A stretch of DNA of 52,046 nt from Octopus sinensis (Eukaryota), in NCBI RefSeq assembly GCF_006345805.1, contig NW_021834256.1, positions 1 to 52,046 of the forward strand, given 5' to 3'. This document shows, in pieces, positions 46,816 to 52,046 of this stretch. Within the stretch, counting starts at the first letter, position 1. Every line of letters begins with the position of its first letter. The notes beneath the pieces were generated by a model. It did no database searches and had not been told where the DNA came from. It worked only from the letters and a program-made list of their open reading frames with translations. Position numbers and translations under genes: made by a program.

Positions 46816-48003
46816 ACTGGCAGTATCGCCTGGTGTCGCTCGGGTTTGTTTCGACCCTTTAGAATTGGAATTTTTGAAAAGTAAAAATTTTGCATTCTGT
46901 AGCTTGTTATTCTCTTTAAGTGAACATTTTTCTGGTTGAAATACACCGAAAAATGGCGACACAGCAGTCAAAAAATCGTAAAAAAATAGGGATTTTCATA
47001 GAAAAAAAGCACCTTTTTGATGTAAATAATTTTTGGTGTTAACATGGTCCGATTTGAATTTTTTCTTCTACGGAATGAAGAGCAAGCCTTCTTCTATCAT
47101 ACTCTCGATTTTGGTCAACTTGCGCCGCAGGGTCTCGGAGGCGATAGTGTTAGTAGAAGGCTACCAAAACCTGCCATACACAGACAACTTCAGCTTTAAT
47201 ATAGAATATAATATATATATATATGTATTAGTATACTGGCAGTATCGCCTGGTGTCGCTCGGTTTGTTTCGACCCTTTAGAATTGGAATTTTTGAAAAGT
47301 AAAAATTTTGCATTCTGTAGCTGTTATTCTCTTTAGTGAACATTTTTCTGGTTGAAATACACCGAAAAATGGCGACACAGCAGTCAAAAAATCGTAAAAA
47401 AATAGGGATTTTCATAGAAAAAAGCAACTTTTTGATGTAAATAATTTTTGGTGTTAACATGGTCCGATTTGAATTTTTTCTTCTACGGAATGAAGAGCAA
47501 GCCTCTTCTATCATACTCTTCATTTTGGTCAACTTGCGCCGCAGGGTCTCGGAGGCGATAGTGTTAGTAGAAGCTACCAAAACCTGCCAACACAGACAAC
47601 TTCAGCTTTATATAGAGATATATATATATGTATGTATGTATGTATACTGGCAGTATCGCCTGGTGTTCGCGGGTTTGTTTCGACCCTTTAGAATTGGAAT
47701 TTTGAAAGTAAAAAATTTTGCCTTATGTAGCTGTTATTTCTCTTTAAGTGAACATTTTTCTGGTTGAAATACACCGAAAAATGGCAACACAGCAGTCAAA
47801 AAATCGTAAAAAAATAGGGATTTTCATAGAAAAAAAGCACCTTTTTGATGTAAATAATTTTTGGTGTTAACATGGTCCGATTTGAATTTTTTCTTCTACG
47901 GAAGGAAGAGCAACCCTTCTTCTATCATACTCTCAATTTTGGCCAACTTGTGCCGCAGGGTCTCGCCATACACAGACAACTTCAGCTTTATATATATAGA
48001 GAT
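46366..48003 (+). mobile_element. Head-to-tail array of about 4 HINE-like units (390-420 bp each)
   Basis: TACTGGCAGTATC(A/G)CC starts at 46422, 46815, 47234 and 47645. Units end ACAGACAACTTCAGCTTT(AT)n, the third with its microsatellite. Confidence 0.75.
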
Positions 48004-50849
48004 TATTCAAGGCTGTGGTCATGCTGGGGCAACTCCAACATGAATTTTTAGTTAAATGAATCGAAGCCAGGACTTAATGTTTTTTAAAAGTCTGGTACTT
48101 ATTCTATAAGCCTCTTTTGCTGAAATGCTGGGTTATGGGGACGTAAACACACCAACACCGGTTGTCAAGCACTGGTGGAGGATAAAATAAAATATATTAT
48201 AAAACATATAACTAGATCATAAAAAGCATATAAAAAGTAATATATATAACTTTTTATATATTGTTTATTCATTTTTTAATGCTTTTTATGATCTAGTTAT
48301 ATGTTTTAAAATATATTTTATTTTTTATTTATGATTTGGTTTACGTCTATCGTTGTTTGAATTGCATAATAGTGGTTTTTCTCTAATTTATATATATATA
48401 GGCGCAGGAGTGGCTGTGTGGTAAGTAGCTTGCTAACCAACCACATGGTTCCGGGTTCAGTCCCATTGCATGGCATCTTGGGCAAGTGTCTTCTACTATA
48501 GCCTCGGGCCGACCAAAGCCTTGTGAGTGGATTTGGTAGACGGAAACTGAAAGAAGCCTGTCGTGTATATGTATGTGTGTGTCTGTGTTTGTACCCCTAG
48601 CATTGCTTGACAACCAATGCCGGTGTGTTTACGTCCCTGTAACTTAGCGGTTCGGCTAAAGAGACCGATAGAATAAGTACTGGGCTTACAAAGAATAAGT
48701 CCCGGGGTCGAGTTGCTCGATTAAAGGCAGTGCTCCAGCATGGCCACAGTCAAATGACTGAAACAAGTTAAAGAGTAAAGAGTATATATTTATATCTTTT
48801 ACTCTTTTACTTGTTTCAGTCATTTGACTGTGGTCATGCTGGAGCACTGCCTTTAGTCGAGCAAATCGACCTCCAGGACTTATTCTTTGTAAGCCTGGTA
48901 CTTATTCTATCGGTTTCTTTTGCCGAACCGCTAAGTGACAGGGACGTAAACACACCAGCATCGGTTGTTAAGCAATGCTAGGGACACACACACACATATA
49001 TATATACATATATACGACAGGCTTCTTTCAGTTTCCATCTACCAAATCCACTCACAAGGCTTTGTTATAGTCTCTTTTACTCTTTTACTTGTTTCAGTTA
49101 TTTGACTGTGGCCATGCTGGAACACCACCTTTAGTCGAGCAAATTAACCCCAGGACTTATTCTTTGTAAGCCTAGTACTTATTATATCGGTCTCTTTGCT
49201 GAACTGCTAAGTTACGGGGACGTAAACACACCAGCATCAGTTGTCAAGCGATGTTGGTGGGACAAACACAAACACATAAACACACACACACACACACACC
49301 TATATATATACATATATACGATGGGCTTCTTTCAGTTTCCGTCTAACAAATCCACTCACAAGGCATTGGTCGGCCCGAGGCTATAGTAGAAGACACTTGC
49401 CCAAGGTGCCACTCAGTGGGATTGAACCTGGAACCATGTGGTTGGTAAGCAAGCTACTTACCTCACAGCCACTCCTGTGCCTATATTTAAAATAATTGAA
49501 AGAAACACAGAGCATCTCAAAATAAATTCGGTAATAGAAGGGTTAAACAGCAGACATGGAGCTATATGGTTGCCTATTATTTCATACAGATAGAAGATAC
49601 CATATTCTTTATGAATTCTATGCTAGTGCTGGTGCCATAATGAAAGTATTCAGTACACCCTGTAAAGAGGTTAACGGATGTATGGAAATAGTGTCAAGAG
49701 GACACTTGACTCTCGTCGTCTTGAGCACTGGACAATCTATCTTGTGCTGATGTCATTTGTGTTTATTGTATTGTTGTATGAGTAATTATATATGCATGTA
49801 TTGGAAGTGTACATGTGTGTGTGTGTGTGTGTGTGCATATGTTCCTTATGCATTCGAAAACTGAGTTACCGATTCAGTAATCTTTCGGCTACCAAATAAA
49901 CTTTTATTTTCATTTCCATATTTTCTATGTTATCTCAACAATCAGCTATAGTTATTCGACAGATACTGCTCTACAACGACCAGGTTTCATTAGAAAGTGA
50001 AAATAGTTTCATACTTTCAATTTGAACCAAAATTACAAAGTTTTGCATTATGAGAGTGATGATGTGTAAATAATGAAAGTAATGTTTCTCCGAATTAGTA
50101 TCATCTATCTACTAAATAAACTTAGTTTTTGACACAACAACTCTTTTTTTTTTATTACTAAAATAACCTCAAAAACGAGGTCAGGTTGCACAATTTTGAG
50201 GTAATTTTCGGGCAACATCAATTAGCTTCTAATGTTTCACTTTCATATGATATTTGACACATGCATAGAATTCTACTCAGACAAACACTTCTGAAAATGT
50301 GCTCATAAAAATTGTATTAAAATAAGCCACAACCACAAAAATTTCATTAAAAAAACATCCATTTCTCTATGTTATGAAGAAATACAGTCACTCATTCTCT
50401 TTCTCACATGTATACGTACACCTGCATACAAAAAATGTATGCATATGTATTTATGTATGTGTATATGAAAGATAATGTGTGTGTGTGAGAGAGAGCAAGT
50501 GAATATCACTGACACATCATCATCATCATCATTGTTTAGCGTCCGCTTTCCATGCTAGCATGGGTTGGACGGTTCAACTGGGGTCTGGGAAACCAGGAGG
50601 CTGCACCAGGCCCAGTCGGACACTTAACGACACACACCAAAGTACATACTAAAAAGAAACCATTGCAATGAAAGGAATATTAATTCAACATCATCATCGT
50701 TTAGCGTCCGCTTTCCATGCTAGCATGGGTTGGACGGTTCAACTGGGGTCTGGGAAGCCAGGAGGCTGCACCAGGCCCAGTCGGACACTTAACAACACAT
50801 ACCAAAGTACATACTAAAAAGAAACCATGGCAATGAAAGGAATATTAAT

Positions 50850-51452
50850 TCATCATCATCATCATCGTTTAGCATCCACTTTCCATGCTAGCATGGGTTG
50901 GACGGTTCAACTGGGGTCTGGGAAGCCAGAAGGCTGCACCAGACCCAGTCTGATCTGGCAATGTTTCTACGGCTGAATGCCCTTCCTAATGCCAACCACT
51001 CCGTGAGAGTAGTGGGTGCTTTTTACATGCCACCGGCACAGGTGCCAGACGAGGCTGGCAAATGGCCATGATCAGATAGTGCTTTTTACGTGCCACCAGC
51101 ATGGGGGCCAGTCAAAGCTGGCAACGGCCACGAACAGATGGTGCTTTTTACGGGCCACCGGACCGAGGCCGGTCGGGGTGGCACTGGCAATGGCCACATT
51201 CAAATGTTCTCTTACGTACCACCGGCACTGATATCACAGCTGCAATTTCCATTGATGTTGATCGATTTTGATTTTGATTTTGATTTTCAATTGCCTCAAC
51301 AGGTCTTCACAAGTAGAGTTTTGTTTCCCAAGTAGGAAAGGTATGCATACGTGGACTGGCTACATCCCATGTAGCAGCCACGGGTTATGGTCTCACTTGT
51401 CCTGCCGGATCTTCTCACGCACAGCATACTTCCAAAGGTCTCGGTCTCTCAG
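50850..51452 (-). mobile_element. 5'-truncated RTE LINE retaining the end of ORF2
   Basis: Minus strand 51446-51393 encodes DRDLWKYAVREKIRQDK* (RTE-like ORF2 end), followed by the 3' UTR units and tail. Confidence 0.75.
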
Positions 51453-52046
51453 TGTATGCAAAAAAATTCATATATAACACACCTTCACATGCATACAGGT
51501 ACATACATCTTTCATATACACGTACATACATCTTTCACTTTCTCCTCTCACTTCAAAGCAAATATCACCTTTTCACTTTGTCCTCTCTTTCAATTTCAAA
51601 GCATAAAGAAATTAAAAAATTTTTATTGTAATTAATGAACTATCATATGATCCCATATGATACAGTTGACGACTTTGCTGCTTCAAACGAAAGAATGCCA
51701 TAAAATAAATACTTTTGGTACACACACACACACAGAGTCTAGGTAAAACTTCTGTATGAATTATGTTATTTCTTGCTGTGAACACGTGCAAAATTACCTA
51801 TCTATCGGTCTGTCTGTCGTCTATTGTTCTGTCTGCCTACCTGTCCGTCCGTCTGTCTGTCTATCTATCGGTTTGTCTGTCTGTCTATCCATCTATCTAA
51901 ATGATGATGATGATGATGATATGTATAATGGGGAAAAATAAAAACATAAATAGTGGAGCAGGAGTGGCTGTGTGGTAAGTACTTGCTTACCAACCACATG
52001 GTTCCAGGTTCATTCCCACTGCGTGGCATCTTGGGCAAGTCTCTTC

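Noticed and set aside
49556-49750. 64-aa ORF in unique-looking sequence with a small hairpin at about 49691-49730
   Set aside because: No recognisable family in any frame. It might be an exon or UTR of a neighbouring gene, but there is no supporting evidence.

Overview
Eukaryotic, very repeat-dense genomic DNA. The SINE, LINE and microsatellite content looks like an octopus (coleoid cephalopod); the species assignment is inference. Two complete spliced genes were reconstructed by hand, with GT-AG boundaries and consistent phases. ARPC3 is on the minus strand (7 coding exons, 22102 to 8621, 537 nt, 178 aa). GPN3 is on the plus strand (8 coding exons, 36233 to 45311, 837 nt, 278 aa). They are transcribed divergently with about 14 kb between start codons. 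The same two genes are neighbours in human (12q24.11), which suggests very old microsynteny. The remainder is mobile DNA: several tRNA-head SINE families, 5'-truncated RTE and CR1/L2 LINEs, a decayed Chapaev3-like DDE transposase, a mariner fossil, Helentron/Lep1-like (HINE) elements including a head-to-tail array, GG-terminated MITEs with 8-bp TSDs, piggyBac-like MITEs, foldbacks and local duplications. Nearly all long ORFs in the track are microsatellite or SINE artefacts. I found no CRISPR, rRNA or bona fide tRNA gene, and no clearly new enzymatic system. Repeat boundaries are approximate and family names are from recall, not from database searches.
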